Of a DNA stretch of 64,000 bases, positions 25,152 to 38,100 are shown piece after piece. The stretch is from Eledone cirrhosa. Its lineage: Eukaryota. A program made the translations under genes and the position numbers. Within the stretch, counting starts at the first letter, position 1, and every line of letters starts with the position of its first letter. The stretch is from contig OZ024744.1 of the NCBI GenBank assembly GCA_964016885.1, positions 3,782,001 through 3,846,000 on the forward strand, written 5' to 3'. The notes beneath the pieces were generated by a model. It ran no database searches, was not told the origin of the DNA, and was given only the letters and a program-made list of their open reading frames with translations.

Positions 25152-28100
25152 GGGGAAGACAATGTAGAGAAAGATAGCTTGGTGAAGAACGAAGTTTTGG
25201 GGGAAGACAAGGTAGAGAAAGATAGCTTGGTGAAGAACGAAGTTCTGAGGGAAGACAAGGTAGAGAAAGATAGCTTGGTGAAGAACGAAGTTTTGGGAGA
25301 AGACAAGGTAGAGAAAGATATCTTGGTGAAGAACGAAGTTTTGACGGAAGACAAGGTAGAGAAAGATAGCTTGGTGAAGAATGACGTTTTGTGGGAAGAC
25401 AAGGTAGAGAAAGATAGCTTGGTGAAGAACGAAGTTTTGTGTGAAGACAAGGTAGAGAAAGATAGCTTGGTGAAGAACGAAGTTTTGGGGGAAGACAAGG
25501 CAGAGAAAGATAGATTGGTGAAGAACGAAGTTTTGAGGGATGACAAGGTAGAGAAAGATGACTTGGTGAAGAAAGAAGTTTTGGGGGAAGACAAGGTAGA
25601 GAAAGATAGCTTGCGAAGAACGAAGTTTTGGGGGAAGACAAGGTAGAGAAAGATAGCTTGGTGAAGAACGAAGTTTTGGGGGAAGACAAGGTAGAGAAAG
25701 ATAGCTTGGTGAAGAACGACGTTTTGAGGGAAGACAAATTAGATAAAGATAGCTTGGTGAAGAATGACGTTTTGTGGGAAGACAAGGTAGAGAAAGATAG
25801 CTTGGTGAAGAACGAAGTTTTGTGTGAAGACAAGCTAGAGAAAGATAGCTTGGTGAAGAACGAAGTTTTGGGGGAAGACAAGGTAGAGAAAGATAGATTG
25901 GTGAAGAACAAAGTGTTGATGGATGACAAGGTAGAGAAAGATGACTTGGTGAAGAACGAAGTTTTGGGGGAAGACAAGGTAGAGGAAGATAGCTTGGTGA
26001 AGAACGAAGTTTTGAGGGAAGACAAGGTAGAGAAAGATAGCTTGGTGAATAACGAAGTTTTGGGAGAAGACAATGTAGAGAAAGATAGCTTGGTGAAGAA
26101 CGAAGTTTTGGGGGAAGACAAGGTAGAGAAAGATAGCTTGGTGAAGAACGAAGTTTTGAGGGAAGACAAGGTAGAGAAAGATAGCTTGGTGAAGAACGAT
26201 GTTTTGAGGGAAGACAAGGTAGAGAAAGATAGCTTGGTAAAGAACGACGTTTTGAGGGAAGACAAGGTAGAGAAAGATAGCTTGGTGAAGAACGACGTTT
26301 TGTGGGAAGACAAGGTAGAGAAAGATAGCTTGGTGAAGAACGAAGTTTTGGGGGAAGACAAGGTAGAGAAAGATAGCTTGGTGAAGAACGAAGTTTTGGG
26401 GGAAGACAAGGTAGAGAAAGAGAGCTTGGTGAAGAACGACGTTTTGATGAAAGACAAGGTAGAGAAAGATAGCTTGGTGAAGAACGAAGTTTTGGGGAAG
26501 ACAATGTAGAGAAAGATAGCTTGGTGAAGAACGAAGTTTTGGGGGAAGACAAGGTAGAGAAAGATAGCTTGGTGAAGAACGAAGTTCTGAGGGAAGACAA
26601 GGTAGAGAAAGATAGCTTGGTGAAGAACGAAGTTTTGGGAGAAGACAAGGTAGAGAAAGATATCTTGGTGAAGAACGAAGTTTTGACGGAAGACAAGGTA
26701 GAGAAAGATAGCTTGGTGAAGAATGACGTTTTGTGGGAAGACAAGGTAGAGAAAGATAGCTTGGTGAAGAACGAAGTTTTATGTGAAGACAAGGTAGAGA
26801 AAGATAGCTTGGTGAAGAACGAAGTTTTGGGGGAAGACAAGGCAGAGAAAGATAGATTGGTGAAGAACGAAGTTTTGAGGGATGACAAGGTAGATAAAGA
26901 TGACTTGGTGAAGAAAGAAGTTTTGGGGGAAGACAAGGTAGAGAAAGATAGCTTGGTGAAGAACGAAGTTTTGGGGGAAGACAAGGTAGAGAAAGATAGC
27001 TTGGTGAAGAACGAAGTTTTGGGGGAAAACAAGGTAGAGAAAGATAGCTTGGTGAAGAACGAAGTTTTGAGGGAAGACAAGGTAGAGAAAGATAGCTTGG
27101 TGAATAACGAAGTTTTGAGGGAAGACAAGGTAGAGAAAGATAGCTTGGTGAAGAACGAAGTTCTGAGGGAAGACAAGGTAGAGAAAGATAGCTTGGTGAA
27201 GAACGAAGTTTTGGGAGAAAACAAGGTAGAGAAAGATATCTTGGTGAAGAACGAATTTCGACGGAAGACAAGGTAGAGAAAGATAGGTTGGTGAAGAATG
27301 ACGTTTTGTGGGAAGACAAGGTAGAGAAAGATAGCTTGGTGAAGAACGAAGTTTTGTGTGAAGACAAGCTAGAGAAAGATAGCTTGGTGAAGAACGAAGT
27401 TTTGGGGGAAGACAAGGTAGAGAAAGATAGCTTGGTGAAGAACGAAGTTTTGGGGGAAGACAAGGTAGAGAAAGATAGCTTGGTGAAGAACGAAGTTTTG
27501 GGAGAAGACAAGGTAGAGAAAGATATCTTGGTGAAGAACGAAGGTTTGACGGAAGACAAGGTAGAGAAAGATAGCTTGGTGAAGAATGACGTTTTGTGGG
27601 AAGACAAGGTAGAGAAAGATAGCTTGGTGAAGAACGAAGTTTTGTGTGAAGACAAGCTAGAGAAAGATAGCTTGGTGAAGAACGAAGTTTTGGGGGAAGA
27701 CAAGGTAGAGAAAGATAGATTGGTGAAGAACAAAGTTTTGAGGGATGACAAGGTAGAGAAAGATGACTTGGTGAAGAACGAAGTTTTGGGGGAAGACAAG
27801 GTAGAGAAAGATAGCTTGGTGAAGAACGAAGTTTTGAGGGAAGACAAGGTAGAGAAAGATAGCTTGGTGAATAACGAAGTTTTGGGAGAAGACAAGGTAG
27901 AGAAAGATAGCTTGGTGAAGAACGAAGTTTTGGGGGAAGACAAGGTAGAGAAAGATAGCTTGGTGAAGAACGAAGTTTTGAGGGAAGACAAGGTAGAGAA
28001 AGATAGCTTGGTGAAGAACGACGTTTTGAGGGAAGACAAGATAGAGAAAGATAGCTTGGTGAAGAATGACGTTTTGTGGGAAGACAAGGTAGAGAAAGAT

Positions 28101-31100
28101 AGCTTGGTGAAGAACGAAGTTTTGTGTGAAGACAAGCTAGAGAAAGATAGCTTGGTGAAGAACGAAGTTTTGGGGGAAGACAAGGTAGAGAAAGATAGAT
28201 TGGTGAAGAACAAAGTTTTGATGGATGACAAGGTAGAGAAAGATAGCTTGGTGAAGAACGAAGTTTTGGGGGAAGACAAGGTAGAGAAAGATAGCTTGGT
28301 GAAGAACGAAGTTCTGAGGGAAGACAAGGTAGAGAAAGATAGCTTGGTGAAGAACGAAGTTTTGGGAGAAGACAATGTAGAGAAAGATATCTTGGTGAAG
28401 AACGAATTTCGACGGAAGACAAGGTAGAGAAAGATAGCTTGGTGAAGAATGACGTTTTGTGGGAAGACAAGGTAGAGAAAGATAGCTTGGTGAAGAACGA
28501 AGTTTTGTGTGAAGACAAGCTAGAGAAAGATAGCTTGGTGAAGAACGAAGTTTTGGGGGAAGACAAGGTAGAGAAAGATAGCTTGGTGAAGAACGAAGTT
28601 TTGGGGGAAGACAAGGTAGAGAAAGATAGCTTGGTGAATAACGAAGTTTTGGGAGAAGACAAGGTAGAGAAAGATAGCTTGGTGAAGAACGATGTTTTGA
28701 GGGAAGACAAGGTAGAGAAAGATAGCTTGGTGAAGAACGAAGTTTTGGGAGAAGACAAGGTAGAGAAAGATATCTTGGTGAAGAACGAAGTTTTGACGGA
28801 AGACAAGGTAGAGAAAGATAGCTTGGTGAAGAATGACGTTTTGTGGGAAGACAAGGTAGAGAAAGATAGCTTGGTGAAGAACGAAGTTTTGTGTGAAGAC
28901 AAGCTAGAGAAAGATAGCTTGGTGAAGAACGAAGTTTTGGGGGAAGACAAGGTAGAGAAAGATAGATTGGTGAAGAACAAAGTTTTGAGGGATGACAAGG
29001 TAGAGAAAGATGACTTGGTGAAGAACGAAGTTTTGGGGGAAGACAAGGTAGAGAAAGATAGCTTGGTGAAGAACGAAGTTTTGAGGGAAGACAAGGTAGA
29101 GAAAGATAGCTTGGTGAATAACGAAGTTTTGGGAGAAGACAAGGTAGAGAAAGATAGCTTGGTGAAGAACGAAGTTTTGGGGGAAGACAAGGTAGAGAAA
29201 GATAGCTTGGTGAAGAACGAAGTTTTGAGGGAAGACAAGGTAGAGAAAGATAGCTTGGTGAAGAACGACGTTTTGAGGGAAGACAAGGTAGAGAAAGATA
29301 GCTTGGTGAAGAATGACGTTTTGTGGGAAGACAAGGTAGAGAAAGTTAGCTTGGTGAAGAACGAAGTTTTGTGTGAAGACAAGCTAGAGAAAGATAGCTT
29401 GGTGAAGAACGAAGTTTTGGGGGAAGACAAGGTAGAGAAAGATAGATTGGTGAAGAACAAAGTTTTGATGGATGACAAGGTAGAGAAAGATAGCTTGGTG
29501 AAGAACGAAGTTTTGGGGGAAGACAAGGTAGAGAAAGATAGCTTGGTGAAGAACGAAGTTTTGAGGGAAGACAAGGTAGAGAAAGATAGCTTGGTGAATA
29601 ACGAAGTTTTGGGAGAAGACAATGTAGAGAAATATAGCTTGGTGAAGAACGAAGTTTTGGGGGAAGACAAGGTAGAGAAAGATAGCTTGGTGAAGAACGA
29701 AGTTTTGAGGGAAGACAAGGTAGAGAAAGATAGCTTGGTGAAGAACGATGTTTTGAGGGAAGACAAGGTAGAGAAAGATAGCTTGGTGAAGAACGACGTT
29801 TTGAGGGAAGACAAGGTAGAGAAAGATAGCTTGGTGAAGAACGACGTTTTGTGGGAAGACAAGGTAGAGAAAGATAGCTTGGTGAAGAACGAAGTTTTGG
29901 GGGAAGACAAGGTAGAGAAAGATAGCTTGGTGAAGAACGAAGTTTTGGGGGAAGACAAGGTAGAGAAAGAGAGCTTGGTGAAGAACGACGTTTTGTGGGA
30001 AGACAAGGTAGAGAAAGATAGCTTGGTGAAGAACGAAGTTTTGGGGGAAGACAAGGTAGAGAAAGATAGCTTGGTGAAGAACGAAGTTTTGGGGGAAGAC
30101 AAGGTAGAGAAAGAGAGCTTGGTGAAGAACGACGTTTTGATGAAAGACAAGGTAGAGAAAGATAGCTTGGTGAAGAACGAAGTTTTGGGGAAGACAATGT
30201 AGAGAAAGATAGCTTGGTGAAGAACGAAGTTTTGGGGGAAGACAAGGTAGAGAAAGATAGCTTGGTGAAGAACGAAGTTCTGAGGGAAGACAAGGTAGAG
30301 AAAGATAGCTTGGTGAAGAACGAAGTTTTGGGAGAAGACAAGGTAGAGAAAGATATCTTGGTGAAGAACGAAGTTTTGACGGAAGACAAGGTAGAGAAAG
30401 ATAGCTTGGTGAAGAATGACGTTTTGTGGGAAGACAAGGTAGAGAAAGATAGCTTGGTGAAGAACGAAGTTTTGTGTGAAGACAAGGTAGAGAAAGATAG
30501 CTTGGTGAAGAACGAAGTTTTGGGGGAAGACAAGGCAGAGAAAGATAGATTGGTGAAGAACGAAGTTTTGAGGGATGACAAGGTAGAGAAAGATGACTTG
30601 GTGAAGAAAGAAGTTTTGGGGGAAGACAAGGTAGAGAAAGATAGCTTGCGAAGAACGAAGTTTTGGGGGAAGACAAGGTAGAGAAAGATAGCTTGGTGAA
30701 GAACGAAGTTTTGGGGGAAGACAAGGTAGAGAAAGATAGCTTGGTGAAGAACGACGTTTTGAGGGAAGACAAGTTAGATAAAGATAGCTTGGTGAAGAAT
30801 GACGTTTTGTGGGAAGACAAGGTAGAGAAAGATAGCTTGGTGAAGAACGAAGTTTTGTGTGAAGACAAGCTAGAGAAAGATAGCTTGGTGAAGAACGAAG
30901 TTTTGGGGGAAGACAAGGTAGAGAAAGATAGATTGGTGAAGAACAAAGTGTTGATGGATGACAAGGTAGAGAAAGATGACTTGGTGAAGAACGAAGTTTT
31001 GGGGGAAGACAAGGTAGAGGAAGATAGCTTGGTGAAGAACGAAGTTTTGAGGGAAGACAAGGTAGAGAAAGATAGCTTGGTGAATAACGAAGTTTTGGGA

Positions 31101-34100
31101 GAAGACAATGTAGAGAAAGATAGCTTGGTGAAGAACGAAGTTTTGGGGGAAGACAAGGTAGAGAAAGATAGCTTGGTGAAGAACGAAGTTTTGAGGGAAG
31201 ACAAGGTAGAGAAAGATAGCTTGGTGAAGAACGATGTTTTGAGGGAAGACAAGGTAGAGAAAGATAGCTTGGTAAAGAACGACGTTTTGAGGGAAGACAA
31301 GGTAGAGAAAGATAGCTTGGTGAAGAACGACGTTTTGTGGGAAGACAAGGTAGAGAAAGATAGCTTGGTGAAGAACGAAGTTTTGGGGGAAGACAAGGTA
31401 GAGAAAGATAGCTTGGTGAAGAACGAAGTTTTGGGGGAAGACAAGGTAGAGAAAGAGAGCTTGGTGAAGAACGACGTTTTGATGAAAGACAAGGTAGAGA
31501 AAGATAGCTTGGTGAAGAACGAAGTTTTGGGGAAGACAATGTAGAGAAAGATAGCTTGGTGAAGAACGAAGTTTTGGGGGAAGACAAGGTAGAGAAAGAT
31601 AGCTTGGTGAAGAACGAAGTTCTGAGGGAAGACAAGGTAGAGAAAGATAGCTTGGTGAAGAACGAAGTTTTGGGAGAAGACAAGGTAGAGAAAGATATCT
31701 TGGTGAAGAACGAAGTTTTGACGGAAGACAAGGTAGAGAAAGATAGCTTGGTGAAGAATGACGTTTTGTGGGAAGACAAGGTAGAGAAAGATAGCTTGGT
31801 GAAGAACGAAGTTTTATGTGAAGACAAGGTAGAGAAAGATAGCTTGGTGAAGAACGAAGTTTTGGGGGAAGACAAGGCAGAGAAAGATAGATTGGTGAAG
31901 AACGAAGTTTTGAGGGATGACAAGGTAGAGAAAGATGACTTGGTGAAGAGAGAAGTTTTGGGGGAAGACAAGGTAGAGAAAGATAGCTTGGTGAAGAACG
32001 AAGTTTTGGGGGAAGACAAGGTAGAGAAAGATAGCTTGGTGAAGAACGAAGTTTTGGGGGAAAACAAGGTAGAGAAAGATAGCTTGGTGAAGAACGAAGT
32101 TTTGAGGGAAGACAAGGTAGAGAAAGATAGCTTGGTGAATAACGAAGTTTTGGGAGAAGACAAGGTAGAGAAAGATAGCTTGGTGAAGAACGATGTTTTG
32201 AGGGAAGACAAAGTAGAGAAAGATAGCTTGGTGAAGAACGACGTTTTGAGGGAAGACAAGGTAGAGAAAGATAGCTTGGTGAAGAACGAAGTTCTGAGGG
32301 AAGACAAGGTAGAGAAAGATAGCTTGGTGAAGAACGAAGTTTTGGGAGAACACAAGGTAGAGAAAGATATCTTGGTGAAGAACGAATTTCGACGGAAGAC
32401 AAGGTAGAGAAAGATAGGTTGGTGAAGAATGACGTTTTGTGGGAAGACAAGGTAGAGAAAGATAGCTTGGTGAAGAACGAAGTTTTGTGTGAAGACAAGC
32501 TAGAGAAAGATAGCTTGGTGAAGAACGAAGTTTTGGGGGAAGACAAGGTAGAGAAAGATAGCTTGGTGAAGAACGAAGTTTTGGGGGAAGACAAGGTAGA
32601 GAAAGATAGCTTGGTGAAGAACGAAGTTTTGGAAGAAGACAAGGTAGAGAAAGATATCTTGGTGAAGAACGAAGTTTTGACGGAAGACAAGGTAGAGAAA
32701 GATAGCTTGGTGAAGAATGACGTTTTGTGGGAAGACAAGGTAGAGAAAGATAGCTTGGTGAAGAACGAAGTTTTGTGTGAAGACAAGCTAGAGAAAGATA
32801 GCTTGGTGAAGAACGAAGTTTTGGGGGAAGACAAGGTAGAGAAAGATAGATTGGTGAAGAACAAAGTTTTGAGGGATGACAAGGTAGAGAAAGATGACTT
32901 GGTGAAGAACGAAGTTTTGGGGGAAGACAAGGTAGAGAAAGATAGCTTGGTGAAGAACGAAGTTTTGAGGGAAGACAAGGTAGAGAAAGATAGCTTGGTG
33001 AATAACGAAGTTTTGGGAGAAGACAAGGTAGAGAAAGATAGCTTGGTGAAGAACGAAGTTTTGGGGGAAGACAAGGTAGAGAAAGATAGCTTGGTGAAGA
33101 ACGAAGTTTTGAGGGAAGACAAGGTAGAGAAAGATAGCTTGGTGAAGAACGACGTTTTGAGGGAAGACAAGATAGAGAAAGATAGCTTGGTAAAGAATGA
33201 CGTTTTGTGGGAAGACAAGGTAGAGAAAGATAGCTTGGTGAAGAACGAAGTTTTGTGTGAAGACAAGCTAGAGAAAGATAGCTTGGTGAAGAACGAAGTT
33301 TTGGGGGAAGACAAGGTAGAGAAAGATAGATTGGTGAAGAACAAAGTTTTGATGGATGACAAGGTAGAGAAAGATAGCTTGGTGAAGAACGAAGTTTTGG
33401 GGGAAGACAAGGTAGAGAAAGATAGCTTGGTGAAGAACGAAGTTCTGAGGGAAGACAAGGTAGAGAAAGATAGCTTGGTGAAGAACGAAGTTTTGGGAGA
33501 AGACAATGTAGAGAAAGATATCTTGGTGAAGAACGAATTTCGACGGAAGACAAGGTAGAGAAAGATAGCTTGGTGAAGAATGACGTTTTGTGGGAAGACA
33601 AGGTAGAGAAAGATAGCTTGGTGAAGAACGAAGTTTTGTGTGAAGACAAGCTAGAGAAAGATAGCTTGGTGAAGAACGAAGTTTTGGGGGAAGACAAGGT
33701 AGAGAAAGATAGCTTGGTGAAGAACGAAGTTTTGGGGGAAGACAAGGTAGAGAAAGATAGCTTGGTGAATAACGAAGTTTTGGGAGAAGACAAGGTAGAG
33801 AAAGATAGCTTGGTGAAGAACGATGTTTTGAGGGAAGACAAGGTAGAGAAAGATAGCTTGGTGAAGAACGAAGTTTTGGGAGAAGACAAGGTAGAGAAAG
33901 ATATCTTGGTGAAGAACGAAGTTTTGACGGAAGACAAGGTAGAGAAAGATAGCTTGGTGAAGAATGACGTTATGTGGGAAGACAAGGTAGAGAAAGATAG
34001 CTTGGTGAAGAACGAAGTTTTGTGTGAAGACAAGCTAGAGAAAGATAGCTTGGTGAAGAACGAAGTTTTGGGGGAAGACAAGGTAGAGAAAGATAGATTG

Positions 34101-35125
34101 GTGAAGAACAAAGTTTTGAGGGATGACAAGGTAGAGAAAGATGACTTGGTGAAGAACGAAGTTTTGGGGGAAGACAAGGTAGAGAAAGATAGCTTGGTGA
34201 AGAACGAAGTTTTGAGGGAAGACAAGGTAGAGAAAGATAGCTTGGTGAATAACGAAGTTTTGGGAGAAGACAAGGTAGAGAAAGATAGCTTGGTGAAGAA
34301 CGAAGTTTTGAGGGAAGACAAGGTAGAGAAAGATAGCTTGGTGAAGAACGACGTTTTGAGGGAAGACAAGGTAGAGAAAGATAGCTTGGTGAAGAATGAC
34401 GTTTTGTGGGAAGACAAGGTAGAGAAAGTTAGCTTGGTGAAGAACGAAGTTTTGTGTGAAGACAAGCTAGAGAAAGATAGCTTGGTGAAGAACGAAGTTT
34501 TGGGGGAAGACAAGGTAGAGAAAGATAGATTGGTGAAGAACAAAGTTTTGATGGATGACAAGGTAGAGAAAGATAGCTTGGTGAAGAACGAAGTTTTGGG
34601 GGAAGACAAGGTAGAGAAAGATAGCTTGGTGAAGAACGAAGTTTTGAGGGAAGACAAGGTAGAGAAAGATAGCTTGGTGAATAACGAAGTTTTGGGAGAA
34701 GACAATGTAGAGAAATATAGCTTGGTGAAGAACGAAGTTTTGGGGGAAGACAAGGTAGAGAAAGATAGCTTGGTGAAGAACGAAGTTTTGAGGGAAGACA
34801 AGGTAGAGAAAGATAGCTTGGTGAAGAACGATGTTTTGAGGGAAGACAAGGTAGAGAAAGATAGCTTGGTGAAGAACGACGTTTTGAGGGAAGACAAGGT
34901 AGAGAAAGATAGCTTGGTGAAGAACGACGTTTTGTGGGAAGACAAGGTAGAGAAAGATAGCTTGGTGAAGAACGAAGTTTTGGGGGAAGACAAGGTAGAG
35001 AAAGATAGCTTGGTGAAGAACGAAGTTTTGGGGGAAGACAAGGTAGAGAAAGAGAGCTTGGTGAAGAACGACGTTTTGATGAAAGACAAGGTAGAGAAAG
35101 ATAGCTTGGTGAAGAACGAAGTTTT
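25152..35125. repeat. Tandem duplication of a ~5.0-5.1-kb unit (offsets 5,035, 5,131 and 5,083 bp, differing by whole monomers)
   Basis: Markers shared by the two copies: TTAGATAAA (LDK) at about 25739/30774, GAGGAAGAT at about 25982/31017, GTAAAGAAC at about 26237/31272, TTATGT at 26779/31814, AAAGTTAGC (KVS) at about 29342/34425, AAATATAGC at about 29630/34713. Confidence 0.9.
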
Positions 35126-38100
35126 GGGGAAGACAATGTAGAGAAAGATAGCTTGGTGAAGAACGAAGTTTTGGGGGAAGACAAGGTAGAGAAAGATAGC
35201 TTGGTGAAGAACGAAGTTCTGAGGGAAGACAAGGTAGAGAAAGATAGCTTGGTGAAGAACGAAGTTTTGGGGGAAGACAAGGTAGAGAAAGATAGCTTGG
35301 TGAAGAACGAAGTTTTGGGGGAAAACAAGGTAGAGAAAGATAGCTTGGTGAAGAACGAAGTTTTGAGGGAAGACAAGGTAGAGAAAGATAGCTTGGTGAA
35401 TAACGAAGTTTTGGGAGAAGACAAGGTAGAGAAAGATAGCTTGGTGAAGAACGATGTTTTGAGGGAAGACAAAGTAGAGAAAGATAGCTTGGTGAAGAAC
35501 GACGTTTTGAGGGAAGACAAGGTAGAGAAAGATAGCTTGGTGAAGAACGAAGTTCTGAGGGAAGACAAGGTAGAGAAAGATAGCTTGGTGAAGAACGAAG
35601 TTTTGGGAGAAAACAAGGTAGAGAAAGATATCTTGGTGAAGAACGAATTTCGACGGAAGACAAGGTAGAGAAAGATAGGTTGGTGAAGAATGACATTTTG
35701 TGGGAAGACAAGGTAGAGAAAGATAGCTTGGTGAAGAACGAAGTTTTGTGTGAAGACAAGCTAGAGAAAGATAGCTTGGTGAAGAACGAAGTTTTGGGGG
35801 AAGACAAGGTAGAGAAAGATAGCTTGGTGAAGAACGAAGTTTTGGGGGAAGACAAGGTAGAGAAAGATAGCTTGGTGAAGAACGAAGTTTTGGGAGAAGA
35901 CAAGGTAGAGAAAGATATCTTGGTGAAGAACGAAGTTTTGACGGAAGACAAGGTAGAGAAAGATAGCTTGGTGAAGAATGACGTTTTGTGGGAAGACAAG
36001 GTAGAGAAAGATAGCTTGGTGAAGAACGAAGTTTTGTGTGAAGACAAGCTAGAGAAAGATAGCTTGGTGAAGAACGAAGTTTTGGGGGAAGACAAGGTAG
36101 AGAAAGATAGATTGGTGAAGAACAAAGTTTTGAGGGATGACAAGGTAGAGAAAGATGACTTGGTGAAGAACGAAGTTTTGGGGGAAGACAAGGTAGAGAA
36201 AGATAGCTTGGTGAAGAACGAAGTTTTGAGGGAAGACAAGGTAGAGAAAGATAGCTTGGTGAATAACGAAGTTTTGGGAGAAGACAAGGTAGAGAAAGAT
36301 AGCTTGGTGAAGAACGAAGTTTTGGGGGAAGACAAGGTAGAGAAAGATAGCTTGGTGAAGAACGAAGTTTTGAGGGAAGACAAGGTAGAGAAAGATAGCT
36401 TGGTGAAGAACGACGTTTTGAGGGAAGACAAGATAGAGAAAGATAGCTTGGTGAAGAATGACGTTTTGTGGGAAGACAAGGTAGAGAAAGATAGCTTGGT
36501 GAAGAACGAAGTTTTGTGTGAAGACAAGCTAGAGAAAGATAGCTTGGTGAAGAACGAAGTTTTGGGGGAAGACAAGGTAGAGAAAGATAGATTGGTGAAG
36601 AACAAAGTTTTGATGGATGACAAGGTAGAGAAAGATAGCTTGGTGAAGAACGAAGTTTTGGGGGAAGACAAGGTAGAGAAAGATAGCTTGGTGAAGAACG
36701 AAGTTCTGAGGGAAGACAAGGTAGAGAAAGATAGCTTGGTGAAGAACGAAGTTTTGGGAGAAGACAAGGTAGAGAAAGATATCTTGGTGAAGAACGAAGT
36801 TTTGACGGAAGACAAGGTAGAGAAAGATAGCTTGGTGAAGAATGACGTTTTGTGGGAAGACAAGGTAGAGAAAGATAGCTTGGTGAAGAACGAAGTTTTG
36901 TGTGAAGACAAGCTAGAGAAAGATAGCTTGGTGAAGAACGAAGTTTTGGGGGAAGACAAGGTAGAGAAAGATAGATTGGTGAAGAACAAAGTTTTGAGGG
37001 ATGACAAGGTAGAGAAAGATGACTTGGTGAAGAACGAAGTTTTGGGGGAAGACAAGGTAGAGAAAGATAGCTTGGTGAAGAACGAAGTTTTGAGGGAAGA
37101 CAAGGTAGAGAAAGATAGCTTGGTGAATAACGAAGTTTTGGGAGAAGACAAGGTAGAGAAAGATAGCTTGGTGAAGAACGAAGTTTTGGGGGAAGACAAG
37201 GTAGAGAAAGATAGCTTGGTGAAGAACGAAGTTTTGAGGGAAGACAAGGTAGAGAAAGATAGCTTGGTGAAGAACGACGTTTTGAGGGAAGACAAGGTAG
37301 AGAAAGATAGCTTGGTGAAGAATGACGTTTTGTGGGAAGACAAGGTAGAGAAAGATAGCTTGGTGAAGAACGAAGTTTTGTGTGAAGACAAGCTAGAGAA
37401 AGATAGCTTGGTGAAGAACGAAGTTTTGGGGGAAGACAAGGTAGAGAAAGATAGATTGGTGAAGAACAAAGTTTTGATGGATGACAAGGTAGAGAAAGAT
37501 AGCTTGGTGAAGAACGAAGTTTTGGGGGAAGACAAGGTAGAGAAAGATAGCTTGGTGAAGAACGAAGTTTTGAGGGAAGACAAGGTAGAGAAAGATAGCT
37601 TGGTGAATAACGAAGTTTTGGGAGAAGACAATGTAGAGAAAGATAGCTTGGTGAAGAACGAAGTTTTGGGGGAAGACAAGGTAGAGAAAGATAGCTTGGT
37701 GAAGAACGAAGTTTTGAGGGAAGACAAGGTAGAGAAAGATAGCTTGGTGAAGAACGATGTTTTGAGGGAAGACAAGGTAGAGAAAGATAGCTTGGTGAAG
37801 AACGACGTTTTGAGGGAAGACAAGGTAGAGAAAGATAGCTTGGTGAAGAACGACGTTTTGTGGGAAGACAAGGTAGAGAAAGATAGCTTGGTGAAGAACG
37901 AAGTTTTGGGGGAAGACAAGGTAGAGAAAGATAGCTTGGTGAAGAACGAAGTTTTGGGGGAAGACAAGGTAGAGAAAGAGAGCTTGGTGAAGAACGACGT
38001 TTTGATGAAAGACAAGGTAGAGAAAGATAGCTTGGTGAAGAACGAAGTTTTGGGGAAGACAATGTAGAGAAAGATAGCTTGGTGAAGAACGAAGTTTTGG

